Source of the DNA: Candidatus Krumholzibacteriota bacterium
GTDB lineage: Bacteria > Krumholzibacteriota > Krumholzibacteriia > JAJRXK01
Assembly (NCBI GenBank): GCA_963806035.1
Contig: CAWDWO010000026.1
Location: 96,001 to 160,000 of the forward strand
DNA: 64,000 bases
Direction of reading: 5' to 3'
Shown here: positions 10,231 to 20,276 of the stretch, piece after piece
How positions within the stretch are numbered: the first letter of the stretch is position 1
How the letters are laid out: each line of letters starts with the position of its first letter
The notes under the pieces: model-generated
What the model was told of the DNA's origin: nothing
Databases searched by the model: none
Seen by the model: the letters and a program-made list of their open reading frames with translations, nothing else
Translations under genes and position numbers: made by a program

Positions 10231-11537
10231 GCACCGAGCTCATCGTGCGTCCCAAGGGACCTTTGCGCGGGAGCGCGGTTCCGCCCGGCGACAAGTCGAT
10301 CAGCCATCGTGCCTTCCTCTTGAACTGTCTGGGCACGGGCGCGGCACGGGTGAGCGGATCCAACGAAGGTTTGGATCTTGGATCCACACGCTCGGTCCTT
10401 GCCCAGCTCGGGGTGGTGCTGCGCGAGAGCGCTGCGGGCTACCTCGTCGAGGGGCGCGCGGGACGTTTACGCCCGGCCAGTGATGCTCTGAACTGCGGTA
10501 ACTCCGGCACCACCATGCGACTGCTGGCCGGCATTCTCGCGGCCCAACCCTTCACCACTACTCTCAGCGGCGACGAGAGCTTGCAGCGCCGGCCCATGAC
10601 CAGGATCGCCGACCCCCTGCGCCAAATGGGAGCGAGGGTCGAAGGCAGAAACGGGGGGCGCACCCCTCCTCTGATCGTGAGCGGCTGCCGGCTGCGTTCG
10701 CAGCGCTTCCGCTTGCCGGTCGCCTCGGCGCAAGTGAAGAGCTGTCTGCTCTTGGCCGCGGCGGCCAGCCGGGTCGAGGTGGAGATCGAGGAAGCCGCGC
10801 CCACGCGCGATCACACCGAGAAGATGCTGGCGGCCATGGGGGCACAGATCGAGTGCGAGGGGACGCGCGTGCATCTGCGCGAGAGCGGCGAGCTGCAGTG
10901 CGTGGACGTGTCGGTGCCGAAAGATCCTTCCGCCGCCGCCCTGATTTTCGCGGCGGCTGCGACCGTTCCGCAGAGCCGCGTGGCGATCGAGGGGGTTTCC
11001 CTCAATCCACGCCGCAGCGCCTTTCTCGAGGTCTACCGGCGGATGGGGATCGACATTCAGCGCGAGCACTCCGGGACGAGCGCCGGCGAGGAGCGCGGTG
11101 ACCTGCTCCTCCAATCCCCCTCGGCCCTGCGTCCTCTCCAGCTGGGAGCGGACGAGGTGCCCGGGCTCATCGACGAAATTCCCGCCCTGGCCGTGCTGTG
11201 CGCATTCGCTCCGGGAAGGAGCCGGCTTTCCGGACTGAGGGAGCTCAGGGTCAAGGAGTCGGATCGGCTGGCCGCCATCGCGCGTCTCCTGCAGGACTTC
11301 GCGGTGGAAGCGGCGATCGAGGGTGACACGCTCAGCATCGTGGGGGGAGAGGTCCATGCGCCCAAGCGCTACCAGCCGGCGCGGGATCATCGTATGGTGA
11401 TGGCCGCGGCGGCGCTGGCGGTGGGGGCCTTGAGCCGGGCGGAAGATGGTCAGTGCGAGTTGATGGAAAGCGATGAGGTCGCGGTGAGTGATCCCGAGTT
11501 CTTCTCGACCCTGAGAAAGTTGAGTGGCGCAAGCTGA
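10227..11537 (+). CDS. aroA: 3-phosphoshikimate 1-carboxyvinyltransferase (EPSP synthase); start uncertain, probably CTG 10227
   Basis: PGDKSISHR, GNSGTTMR, SAQVKS, RDHTE, LRVKESDR, DHRM motifs. Confidence 0.93.
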   Translation: MSTELIVRPKGPLRGSAVPPGDKSISHRAFLLNCLGTGAARVSGSNEGLDLGSTRSVLAQLGVVLRESAAGYLVEGRAGRLRPASDALNCGNSGTTMRLLAGILAAQPFTTTLSGDESLQRRPMTRIADPLRQMGARVEGRNGGRTPPLIVSGCRLRSQRFRLPVASAQVKSCLLLAAAASRVEVEIEEAAPTRDHTEKMLAAMGAQIECEGTRVHLRESGELQCVDVSVPKDPSAAALIFAAAATVPQSRVAIEGVSLNPRRSAFLEVYRRMGIDIQREHSGTSAGEERGDLLLQSPSALRPLQLGADEVPGLIDEIPALAVLCAFAPGRSRLSGLRELRVKESDRLAAIARLLQDFAVEAAIEGDTLSIVGGEVHAPKRYQPARDHRMVMAAAALAVGALSRAEDGQCELMESDEVAVSDPEFFSTLRKLSGAS

Positions 11538-12889
11538 TGGACCCCGCGAAGGACCCCCTGCAAATCGCCATCGATGGACCGGCCGGCTCGGGGAAGAGTT
11601 CGGTGGCCGCCCGCGTATCCGAGCGACTGGGTTTGGTTCACGTGGATACCGGGGCGATGTACCGCGCCCTCACCTTTCTCTCTCTGCGCGAGAAGATCCC
11701 CCCCTCTTCGGAAGATGCGTTGAGCGAGCGTCTGGACGCGATGGAGATCGAGTTTCGTGAAGGCGCCCTCCACCTCGATGGAGAGGACCTCTCGCAGGCC
11801 ATTCGCACGCCACAGGTGACCGAGAGAGTCTCAGAAGTTTCAGCTCATCCGAAAGTGCGGCGGGTCATGGTGGCGCGCCAGCGTCGCCTCTGCCGTCAAT
11901 CCGCGCGCGGTTCGGTGCTGGAGGGTAGAGACATCGGCTCGGTGGTGCTCCCTCTCTCGCGCTGCAAGATCTACCTCGATGCACGGCTCGAAGAGAGGGC
12001 GAAGCGAAGACTCTTGCAGGCGGGGGAGGAGCCGACGGAGGCGCGCCTGGAAGAACTCGAGCGAGAAATCCAGCGGCGCGACAAACTCGACAGTGAACGC
12101 GAACACAGCCCCCTCCTGATCTCTCCCGACGCGCACGTGATCGACACCAGCGCAATGAGTCTGGAGGAGGTCGTGGACGAAGTGGCGCGCCTCGCCAAAG
12201 AGGCGACCCCCCCCGTGCCGGAGCCCGCTGCCCTGGCGCCCTATCGCTTCCGCAAGTGGAGCTACGCGTGGGTGGTGCGTCTCATCCGGCTCGTGTTCTT
12301 TGGACCCTGTGGAATGAGAGTCTTCGGACGGGCCAACGCCGAACTGGCCGAAGCCGTGCTCTTCGCCAGCAATCACATCTCACACTTCGACCCGCCGGTG
12401 GCCGGTTCGGCCCTGGGCCGGGAGCTGTATTTTTTGGCCAAGCGCGAACTCTTCGTGGGGATCTTCGGCAAGATCATCGCGCACTTCGACGCCATCCCCA
12501 TCCGCCGCGGGCGCTGGGACGCGGAGGCCTTCGAGGCCGCGATCGCGGCTCTCAAGCGCGGGGAATCGCTCATGTTCTTCCCCGAGGGCACCCGCAAGCC
12601 GCCTGGCCGCCCCGGCCCGGGCAAGCGCGGTCTGGGGATCCTCCTGGAGCGCAGCGGGGTGCCCATGCTGCCGGTCTTCGTGCGCGGCACCGACTCTCTG
12701 CGGGCCTGCCTGCTGCGGCGCGAGCGCCTGGAAGTCTGGATCGGCCCGCCGCTCCGCTTGCATGCGCTGAATGTCCTGAAGAAGACGATATCCGACGCGG
12801 CCCTGCAGCAGCGCATCGCGAGCCTGTGGTTGGCCTGCATCGAGGAACTGGCCGAGCGCAGCGCCCAGCGGGCGGCAAAACCCTCCTAA
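11537..12889 (+). CDS. cmk: Cytidylate kinase fused to 1-acyl-sn-glycerol-3-phosphate acyltransferase (PlsC-like)
   Basis: IAIDGPAGSGKS, DTGAMYR, EGRDIG; C-terminal NHISHFD and FPEGTR acyltransferase motifs in the same frame. Confidence 0.92.
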   Translation: MDPAKDPLQIAIDGPAGSGKSSVAARVSERLGLVHVDTGAMYRALTFLSLREKIPPSSEDALSERLDAMEIEFREGALHLDGEDLSQAIRTPQVTERVSEVSAHPKVRRVMVARQRRLCRQSARGSVLEGRDIGSVVLPLSRCKIYLDARLEERAKRRLLQAGEEPTEARLEELEREIQRRDKLDSEREHSPLLISPDAHVIDTSAMSLEEVVDEVARLAKEATPPVPEPAALAPYRFRKWSYAWVVRLIRLVFFGPCGMRVFGRANAELAEAVLFASNHISHFDPPVAGSALGRELYFLAKRELFVGIFGKIIAHFDAIPIRRGRWDAEAFEAAIAALKRGESLMFFPEGTRKPPGRPGPGKRGLGILLERSGVPMLPVFVRGTDSLRACLLRRERLEVWIGPPLRLHALNVLKKTISDAALQQRIASLWLACIEELAERSAQRAAKPS

Positions 12890-12906
12890 TCCGGCAAAGG
12901 CCGCGC

Positions 12907-12935
12907 TTGCAGCGGCTCTTGAGGTGAACTATTCT
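12907..12935 (+). promoter_or_regulatory. Sigma-70-type promoter for rpsA
   Basis: TTGCAG-N17-TATTCT. Confidence 0.55.
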
Positions 12936-12989
12936 ATGCGTCTGCCCACGGCTGTGGGTAAATCCACGTGTAGGAGGAAACAAAGTCAG

Positions 12990-14885
12990 ATGAGTGATAT
13001 TTCACCCCAACCGGGCGCTCCGGAAGCGTCTGCGTCCAGCTCCAATGCGGGTGCAGGCTCTGGCTCCGGCGCTCGCACCGCACCGGGCCATTCCGGTGGG
13101 CATCCGGCCGCAACCGTCACCACCGAATTCGATCCCAAGGACATCGTGAATCCCGAGCTCCTCGAGGAGGATGTCTATTCTCCCGAGCAGATGCTCGAGA
13201 TGATCCAGCAGTACGAGGGAACCCTCAGCGAAATCCGCGAGGGCACCATCGTGCGCGGAACGGTGGTGGAAGTTCTCGAGAACGAAGTTCTCGTCGACGT
13301 CGGGTTCAAGAGCGAAGGTGCCATCCCGATCACCGAATTCCGGGGTCAGGGTCGGATCAAGGTAGGCGACATTCTCGACGTCTATCTGGAGAAAATCGAA
13401 AACCAGGACGGCCTGATTTCTCTCTCCAAGGAGAAGGCCGACTTCCTGATGGTCTGGGACGACATCAAGACCGCCTACGATACGCATCGCGTCGTGCACG
13501 GCGTGGTCGATCGTCGCATCAAGGGCGGGCTGGTGATCAAGCTGATGGGAGTGGATGCGTTCCTTCCCGGTTCGCAGGTCGCTCTGCGTCAGGTACCAGA
13601 TCTGGACGCGCTGCTGCGCGAGACCCTCGAGTTCCGCATCATCAAGATCAACAAGCGGCGCCGCAACATCGTGGTGAGTCGCCGGGTCGTTCTCGAAGAG
13701 GAACGCGAGCGCAAGAAGAGGAAGCTCATCGCCGAGCTGGAAAAAGGACAGATTCGCAAGGGCGTGGTCAAGAACATCACCGACTTCGGCGCCTTCGTCG
13801 ACCTCGGTGGAATCGACGGGCTCTTGCACATCACCGACCTCAGTTGGGGCCGGGTGAATCATCCCAACGAGATGGTGAACATCGGCGACGAGATCGAGGT
13901 CAAGGTGCTGGAGTTCGACCGCGAACGCGAGCGCATTTCCCTCGGCCTCAAGCAGCTGCAGGAATATCCCTGGGAGGATGTCGAGGCCAAGTACACCGAA
14001 GGCAAACTGGTCAAGGGCAAGGTCGTCAGCATCACCAACTACGGGGCGTTCGTGGAGCTGGAGAAGGGCATCGAGGGCCTCATCCACATCAGCGAGATGT
14101 CCTGGACGCGCAACGTCCGCCACCCCTCCAAGATCGTCAGTCTGGGCGAAGACGTGGAGGTCATGGTGCTCAAGGTCGACAAGGAGAGCGAGAAGATCTC
14201 CTTGGGACTCAAGCAGGCCGAACCCGATCCCTGGGAAACCCTCGAGGAGCGATTCCCGGTGGGGACCAAGCTCACGGGCAAGGTGCGCAACTTGACCGAC
14301 TTCGGCGCCTTCGTCGAGGTCGAGGAGGGCATCGACGGTCTGGTGCACATCTCCGACATGAGCTGGACCAAGCGCATTCGCCACCCCAAGGAGATCGTCA
14401 AGAAGGGCGACACGGTGGAGGTCGTGATCCTGGACATCAACCAGGAGCGCCGCCGCATCAGCCTGGGCATCAAGCAGATGCAGGAGAATCCCTGGGAAGA
14501 GCTGGGCGAAAAGTACAGCGCGGGCACCGAGTGCAAGGGGACCATCATGCGGCTTCTGGACCACGGTGCCATCATCGAGGTCGAGGACCAGGTGGAGGGC
14601 TTCGTGCCGGCGCAGCAACTCGCGATTCCCGAAATGTCCTCGGCCCAGGAGCACTTCCGGGTCGGTGAGGAAATTCCTCTCACCGTGATCAAAATGGACG
14701 TGGAGAACCGCAAGATCGTTCTCTCGGCCCAGGAGTACTTCGCGAAGCATGAGGACGAGCTTCAGGCCTACATCGAGGCTCATCCCAAGCGCGAGCTCAC
14801 CGAGGAAGAACGCGCGGCGGGCGAGGCCTACAAGGGCGATGAGCTCGACGAAGAACTGGCGGCGGAGAACGCACAGGACTCCTAA
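12990..14885 (+). CDS. rpsA: 30S ribosomal protein S1
   Basis: Repeated S1 domains (DVGFKSEG, FGAFVDLGGIDGLLHITDLSW, etc.); AGGAGG SD. Confidence 0.98.
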   Translation: MSDISPQPGAPEASASSSNAGAGSGSGARTAPGHSGGHPAATVTTEFDPKDIVNPELLEEDVYSPEQMLEMIQQYEGTLSEIREGTIVRGTVVEVLENEVLVDVGFKSEGAIPITEFRGQGRIKVGDILDVYLEKIENQDGLISLSKEKADFLMVWDDIKTAYDTHRVVHGVVDRRIKGGLVIKLMGVDAFLPGSQVALRQVPDLDALLRETLEFRIIKINKRRRNIVVSRRVVLEEERERKKRKLIAELEKGQIRKGVVKNITDFGAFVDLGGIDGLLHITDLSWGRVNHPNEMVNIGDEIEVKVLEFDRERERISLGLKQLQEYPWEDVEAKYTEGKLVKGKVVSITNYGAFVELEKGIEGLIHISEMSWTRNVRHPSKIVSLGEDVEVMVLKVDKESEKISLGLKQAEPDPWETLEERFPVGTKLTGKVRNLTDFGAFVEVEEGIDGLVHISDMSWTKRIRHPKEIVKKGDTVEVVILDINQERRRISLGIKQMQENPWEELGEKYSAGTECKGTIMRLLDHGAIIEVEDQVEGFVPAQQLAIPEMSSAQEHFRVGEEIPLTVIKMDVENRKIVLSAQEYFAKHEDELQAYIEAHPKRELTEEERAAGEAYKGDELDEELAAENAQDS

Positions 14886-14924
14886 GCCCCACGCCTCGTC
14901 GATCGCGACCGAGACGTGTGCAGC

Positions 14925-14957
14925 GAGGCCCCGCCCGGAATCACCGGACGGGGCCTC
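14925..14957 (+). terminator. GC-rich stem-loop downstream of rpsA
   Basis: GAGGCCCCGcCCGG-aatca-CCGGaCGGGGCCTC; only a weak pyrimidine tail. Confidence 0.5.
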
Positions 14958-15029
14958 TCTCGATCTGCGGGTTTTCAGCGATTCGGCGCGATCTTTCGGG
15001 CCCAGCACGAACACGGGAAGGGAAAAGTC

Positions 15030-16397
15030 ATGCGAGTCGCGTTCACGACTCTCGGATGCAGACTGAACCTCTTCGAAACCGAAGCCATGCGCCATCGTCT
15101 GCACTCAAAGACGCAGGCCGAGCTGGTGGAATGGGAGGACGAGGCCGAGGTCTACGTGGTCAATTCCTGCACCGTCACCACTCGCGCCGAAAAGAAATGC
15201 CGTCAACTGGCGCGCTCGATCAAGCGCCGTCATCCCGCGGCAAAAGTGATGATCGTTGGCTGCTACGCGCAGGTGAACGGCGAGCCTCTGATGAAGTTGC
15301 CCGAGATCGACGCGGCCTTGGGCAACGAGGAGAAGAAGCACCTCGAGGACTATCTGCCCCGGCTCCTCGCGGGCGATCGGATCCTGGAGGCGGCGTCCTT
15401 CCCCAAGAAGATGCGGGCGCGAGAAGGGGAGTGGATCGAGGACTTTGCCGGCCGGAGCCGCGCCACGATCAAGGTGCAGGAAGGCTGCAACATGCGCTGC
15501 ACCTTCTGCGCGATCTGGAGCGCGCGTGGCCCCAGCCGCTCCCGTCCGCCGCGGGAAATCGTGGACCAGGCCCAAAGCCTGGCCGCGGCCGGATATGAGG
15601 AGATCGTGCTGGGCGGCGTGCACCTGGGGCACTACGGGCGCGATCTCTCGCCGCGCTCTGATCTCATCGAGCTGTTGAGCATGCTGCTGGATCTGGTGGA
15701 CGAACGAGTGCGTTTTAGGCTCTCCAGCATCGATCCCTCGGAAGTCGACACCCAACTGGTGCGGATGCTGGCGGAGGATCCGCGGCTGTGCCGCTATCTT
15801 CACCTCTCCTTGCAGTCTGGCAGCGATGCGGTCCTGCGCCGCATGCGCCGCGCCTACAGCGCGCCCTACCTGCGCGGACTTTTGGCGAAGATCGCCGGGA
15901 TCGACCCCGATTTCGGTCTGGGAGCCGATCTCATCGTTGGCTTTCCCAACGAAGACGAGGCCGCTTTCGCGGAGACGGTGGCTCTGCTTGAGTCGACTCC
16001 GATCAGCTTTTATCATGTGTTTCCCTACTCCGACCGGCCCGGAACCGCCGCCTCGACGATGCCCAAAGTGGTGGCGAGCGGAGTCGTCGCCGAGCGCGCC
16101 AGGATTCTGCGCGAGGCGGGCGAGAAGAGGCGCGAGGACTTCTTGCGCAAGCACCTGCACGGGGTCTACCAGGGCGTCGTGGAAGGTCCCTCTCCCCATG
16201 GGGTGGAGGGTCAGCGAGAGATCATGCTCGAGGACTATGCGACGGTGTGGGCCCGAGTCGAGGAGAGCTTCGAGAAGAAGCGCGTCACGCTGAGAGTGGA
16301 AGCGATGGACGAGAAAGGTCGGCTGCGCGGCGTGGTGCTCAACGAGGCCGAATCCGCGGAGGATGACACCGCCAGAGCCGCGGTGGGGAGAAGCTGA
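15030..16397 (+). CDS. mtaB: tRNA methylthiotransferase MtaB (radical SAM)
   Basis: TLGCRLN..ETE, NSCTVT, GCYAQ, CxxxCxxC (CNMRCTFC), RFRLSSIDP. Confidence 0.88.
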   Translation: MRVAFTTLGCRLNLFETEAMRHRLHSKTQAELVEWEDEAEVYVVNSCTVTTRAEKKCRQLARSIKRRHPAAKVMIVGCYAQVNGEPLMKLPEIDAALGNEEKKHLEDYLPRLLAGDRILEAASFPKKMRAREGEWIEDFAGRSRATIKVQEGCNMRCTFCAIWSARGPSRSRPPREIVDQAQSLAAAGYEEIVLGGVHLGHYGRDLSPRSDLIELLSMLLDLVDERVRFRLSSIDPSEVDTQLVRMLAEDPRLCRYLHLSLQSGSDAVLRRMRRAYSAPYLRGLLAKIAGIDPDFGLGADLIVGFPNEDEAAFAETVALLESTPISFYHVFPYSDRPGTAASTMPKVVASGVVAERARILREAGEKRREDFLRKHLHGVYQGVVEGPSPHGVEGQREIMLEDYATVWARVEESFEKKRVTLRVEAMDEKGRLRGVVLNEAESAEDDTARAAVGRS

Positions 16398-16398
16398 G

Positions 16399-17742
16399 AT
16401 GAAAAACCGGCTGTACATCGAAACCTACGGCTGTCAGATGAACGTCTACGACAGCCGGGTGATTCTGGACAATCTGAAGCGCGCCGGCTTCACCGAGGTG
16501 AAGAGCCCCGAGCAGGCGGACGTGTTGCTCTTGAACACCTGCGCCGTGCGCGACAATGCGGAGCAGCGAGTGATCGGGCGGATCGGCGAGCTCATGCGCT
16601 ACAAGAAGGATCGCAAGGACGTTCTGATGGGTGTGGTGGGGTGCATGGCCCAGCGGCTCGGAGAACAGTTGCACGAGCGGCGCAAGGCCGTCGATCTGGT
16701 GGTGGGCACCGACCAGTACGGCCGTATCGCGGAGATGATCGACTCCGTTCGCCAGACCCAAAGTCCCCAATTCGATACGACCACCAGCGACATCGCGACC
16801 TACCAGGCGAGCCCGGAATTCGATCCGGAAAACAACACGCACTTCATCTCCATCACCCGTGGTTGCGATTACCGCTGTACTTTTTGCGTGGTTCCCAACA
16901 CGCGCGGGGCCCTGCGACCCAAGGATCCCAAGACCGTGGTGTCCGAGGTCGAGGCGATCGTCGAGGAGCGGGGCGGGGTGGAAGTCACTCTGCTGGGACA
17001 AAACGTGACGGCGTATCGCCACGAAGAGGCGAGCTTCGCCGAGCTCTTGCGCAGGGTGAACGAAGTCGAAGGCCTGCGGCGCATCCGCTTTCTCACCAAT
17101 CATCCCACGGACTTCACCGAGGATACCCTCAGCGCCATCGCCGAATGCGAGAAGGTCTCTCCCTGGCTCCACATGCCCATCCAGAGCGGCAGCGACCGGA
17201 TTCTGCGCAGAATGAAGCGCGGATACCGCCGCAAGGAGTATCTCGAACTGGTGTCTCGTTGCCGCGAAGTCCTGCCCGAGGTGAGCTTCTCCACCGACAT
17301 CATCGTTGGCTTTCCCGGCGAAACAGAGGAAGATTTCCAGCAGACGCTCTCGGTCATGCGCGAGATGCGTTACGATTCGGCTTTCGTCTTCAAGTATTCT
17401 TCCCGGCCGGACACTCCGGCCGCGAAGCTGAAGGACGACGTGCCCGAAGAGCTGAAGCGGGAGCGCATCCAGTGCGTGAATGCTCTCCAGGGAGAATTGT
17501 GGGAAAAGGAGGCGGCCGCGCTGGTGGGGAGCCGTTGGGAAGTCGCGATCGAGGGACCCGATCGCAAGGGCCGCGGTTTTCTCAGAGCCCGTACCCTGAA
17601 CAACCGTAAAGTCCTGGTGCCTGCGCGAGACGATCTGGGACGGGGAGACGAACTCCTCGTACAAGTGACCGGAAGCCAGGCCACAACATTTTTTGCCGAA
17701 ACTCTCGGCGTAGTCTGGAAGTACGATCGTGTGGCTGCTTAG
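16399..17742 (+). CDS. miaB: tRNA-i6A37 methylthiotransferase MiaB
   Basis: TYGCQMN.YDS, NTCAVR.NAE, GCMAQ, CDYRCTFC, FKYS.RP.T.A, TRAM-like end. Confidence 0.93.
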   Translation: MKNRLYIETYGCQMNVYDSRVILDNLKRAGFTEVKSPEQADVLLLNTCAVRDNAEQRVIGRIGELMRYKKDRKDVLMGVVGCMAQRLGEQLHERRKAVDLVVGTDQYGRIAEMIDSVRQTQSPQFDTTTSDIATYQASPEFDPENNTHFISITRGCDYRCTFCVVPNTRGALRPKDPKTVVSEVEAIVEERGGVEVTLLGQNVTAYRHEEASFAELLRRVNEVEGLRRIRFLTNHPTDFTEDTLSAIAECEKVSPWLHMPIQSGSDRILRRMKRGYRRKEYLELVSRCREVLPEVSFSTDIIVGFPGETEEDFQQTLSVMREMRYDSAFVFKYSSRPDTPAAKLKDDVPEELKRERIQCVNALQGELWEKEAAALVGSRWEVAIEGPDRKGRGFLRARTLNNRKVLVPARDDLGRGDELLVQVTGSQATTFFAETLGVVWKYDRVAA

Positions 17743-18064
17743 AACCATCTTTTTCGTGATTCTCCTGGTCTTTTTCGTGGCGGTCGCGGTGCAGAACAGC
17801 GAGCCCGGCGTCACGGTGAAGTTCTTTGCGTGGACCCAACCCATGGTGCCGCTGTGGATCGTCATCTTCGCTTCGGCCCTGGTGGGCTTCGTGGTGGGAA
17901 TGATCGTCTCCGTGGTGCGCGAAATCCGCTTGCGCCTGGACTCGGGAAAACTGCGCCGGGAACGCGACGAATATCAGCGCGAGATCAAGCGCTTGCGCGC
18001 TGCGCCTCTCGATGAACTCTCGAGTTCGCAGGACCAATTCTCGGACGGTGATTCCCTGCCGTGA
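17729..18064 (+). CDS. lapA: LapA-family membrane protein
   Basis: Two TM helices with QN...V.V.F motif and C-terminal coiled coil; directly upstream of lapB-like gene. Confidence 0.75.
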   Translation: MWLLRTIFFVILLVFFVAVAVQNSEPGVTVKFFAWTQPMVPLWIVIFASALVGFVVGMIVSVVREIRLRLDSGKLRRERDEYQREIKRLRAAPLDELSSSQDQFSDGDSLP

Positions 18065-19242
18065 GCGACCCAATGGCAACCGCCCTCGTCGTAGCCGCCA
18101 CCTTGATCGTGGTCATACTCCTGTGGATGCTTTTCGCCAGGAGCGAGGAAGCCAGGCCCAGCTCCAAGGGCGCGGCGGACGCTTTCGAGCTTCTCCTGGA
18201 AGGACGCAAGGACGAGGCGCAAGTTCTCATGGCCCAACTCATCCGGGCCGGAAGCGCGCCCTCCTCGGTATATCTTCAACTCGGCAACCTCCTGCGGGAG
18301 GGCGGTGATCCGGGGCGCGCGCTCTCGCTGCACCAGGGACTCTTGGCGCGTTCAGCGCTGCCCTCGGATTTGCGCCGACTCGTCGAGCTCGCCATCGCGG
18401 ACGATCTCCTGGCCCAAAACCGCTTCGAAGCCGCCGAGCGGCGCCTGGACGAGTTGGACCGCCGGATTCTCGATCCCGATCTTTTGGAACGTCACGCGCG
18501 GGCGCTGCACCGCCTGGGTCGCATCGAGTACGCCGCGCAGAGATTGGAACAGAGAGCCAAGCTCGCCGGAGGCGAGGCGCGCCGCGAGGCGGCAGCGTAC
18601 CTGGCGGAGATGGCGCGCGAGTCGCTGCGGCAGGGAAAGCCACAGAATGCCGGCGATTTTTTGCATCGGGCTTTCAAGCTGGATGACAGTCTGGGTGCCG
18701 CCTACGAGGTGGCCGGGGACCGGTACATGTCGCTTCAGCGACCCGATCGCGCGGTGCAGGCCTGGGAAGAGGGATTGCGCCGCAGCCGCGGCGGAGCGCG
18801 TACCTTTCTGGCCAGGCTGGCCGACGCCGCGCTACGCGCGGGGAAAATGGAGACGCTGCTCAACGAACTCGAGCGCGAGCGAGCCAACCGTCCCCAGGAT
18901 ACCGCGCTGTGGCGTGCGGTAGCGGATCTGCGGCTGAGGCGCGGCGATCTGGAGAGCTTCTTTGCGCTGGTGGAGGATCCGCCGGCGGTGGACGCCGCCG
19001 ACATTCCGGCCTGGGCGGGCTGGATTCGCTATCTGAGCCGGTCGAACGATCACACTTCACTCTTGAGACTCTTGAGTTCGATGCCGGACTCCTTTGGACC
19101 CCGTCACTACTCGTGCGCGTTCTGTGGCTACCGCGACGAAGAAGCGCGTGAGGCCTGCCCCAAGTGCGGCCGTCTCTTGCCCTTGCGGCCTGACACGAAG
19201 GAGCTGCGATCCCAACGCCTGCTCAAGAGGCAGTACTCGTGA
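18061..19242 (+). CDS. lapB: LapB-like TPR protein with C-terminal rubredoxin-type metal site
   Basis: N-terminal TM, LGNLLRE.G...RA...HQ.LL, TPR helices, CAFC...CPKC. Confidence 0.75.
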   Translation: MSDPMATALVVAATLIVVILLWMLFARSEEARPSSKGAADAFELLLEGRKDEAQVLMAQLIRAGSAPSSVYLQLGNLLREGGDPGRALSLHQGLLARSALPSDLRRLVELAIADDLLAQNRFEAAERRLDELDRRILDPDLLERHARALHRLGRIEYAAQRLEQRAKLAGGEARREAAAYLAEMARESLRQGKPQNAGDFLHRAFKLDDSLGAAYEVAGDRYMSLQRPDRAVQAWEEGLRRSRGGARTFLARLADAALRAGKMETLLNELERERANRPQDTALWRAVADLRLRRGDLESFFALVEDPPAVDAADIPAWAGWIRYLSRSNDHTSLLRLLSSMPDSFGPRHYSCAFCGYRDEEAREACPKCGRLLPLRPDTKELRSQRLLKRQYS

Positions 19243-20276
19243 ACAGAAGGCGCGTTCTCACCCTCTCCGCCGCGGCGCTCTTGCTCATGGGTTTCCTGCG
19301 CTTCGCGCTGGGGGAGGACATCCTCGAGCGGGTGCGGCGCTTGCGCGACCAGACGCACTACGATTTGGCGAGTCAACTGCTCGAGGACCACGTGAAACAC
19401 GGGACCCCGCTCTCGCGCGAACTGCGCTGGCTGCAGGCGGAATTGCAGACCGATCCCGAACGCTTCGATCGCATGGCGGCTTCCCTCACGAGCGGGGGTT
19501 CGGTCTCCGACAGCCTCAATCAAGTGATCTCCTTGGCCCGGGCGCGCGAGTACTTTGCGCGCGGACGCTATCTCTCCGCCGCCGAATTTTTGGAGGCCCT
19601 GCCCCCCGAGGCTTCGCGGCGGCTCCCCCAGATCGCTCTTTTCTCCGGAATGGCCGAAGCCGCCGCGGGCAACGTGCGCAAGGCGAAGGAGCGGCTTTTG
19701 CTGGTGGAAGCCAAGAGCCCCAGCTATCCCATGGCCCAGGTGCTCCTGGCGGATCTCGGTCTGCGCAGTGGCGACGTGAAGGGGGCCCTGCGCTATGCGG
19801 AAGCCGCGCTGGCCACCAGGAACCAGGACGTGGCGCCCCAGGCCCTCTACGCACGTGCCGTCGCTCTCTCCCAGAGTGGAGACGGGAAGCGCGCGGCGGA
19901 AACCAGAAGCGAGATTCTCAGGCGTTTTCCACGCACGGCCGAGGCGAGCTGGGTGCGCGATGAGGGAGTCAAGGCGGCGCGCGACTCGACATCCACTCCC
20001 GAAACGAAGGTGGCCGAAGTGGAAGCACCCGCGCGCCGAACTTCGTTTTCCTTGCAGATGGGCGCGTTCCACGACAGGAGTCTGGCTCTCAAGCTCGCGC
20101 TGACTCTGGAGAGCCAGGTGGACGAACTGAGAATCGAACGCAGCGTGGAGAGTTCGCCCCCCTGGTACCGCGTGATCGTGGGCCGGTTCGCGACGCGCAG
20201 CGCGGCGGAGAGCCTTCAAGACAAACTCAAGAGCCAGGGCTGGCAGGCCGTCATACTCGCGCCGGGACAGAGCTGA
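19239..20276 (+). CDS. Exported TPR protein with C-terminal SPOR domain
   Basis: Signal peptide, TPR-like helices, FSLQMGAF...WYRVIVGRF SPOR motifs. Confidence 0.85.
   Translation: MNRRRVLTLSAAALLLMGFLRFALGEDILERVRRLRDQTHYDLASQLLEDHVKHGTPLSRELRWLQAELQTDPERFDRMAASLTSGGSVSDSLNQVISLARAREYFARGRYLSAAEFLEALPPEASRRLPQIALFSGMAEAAAGNVRKAKERLLLVEAKSPSYPMAQVLLADLGLRSGDVKGALRYAEAALATRNQDVAPQALYARAVALSQSGDGKRAAETRSEILRRFPRTAEASWVRDEGVKAARDSTSTPETKVAEVEAPARRTSFSLQMGAFHDRSLALKLALTLESQVDELRIERSVESSPPWYRVIVGRFATRSAAESLQDKLKSQGWQAVILAPGQS

Noticed and set aside
13002..15104. 700-aa antisense ORF over rpsA
   Set aside because: Shadow frame produced by strong codon bias in high-GC DNA; no recognisable motifs.
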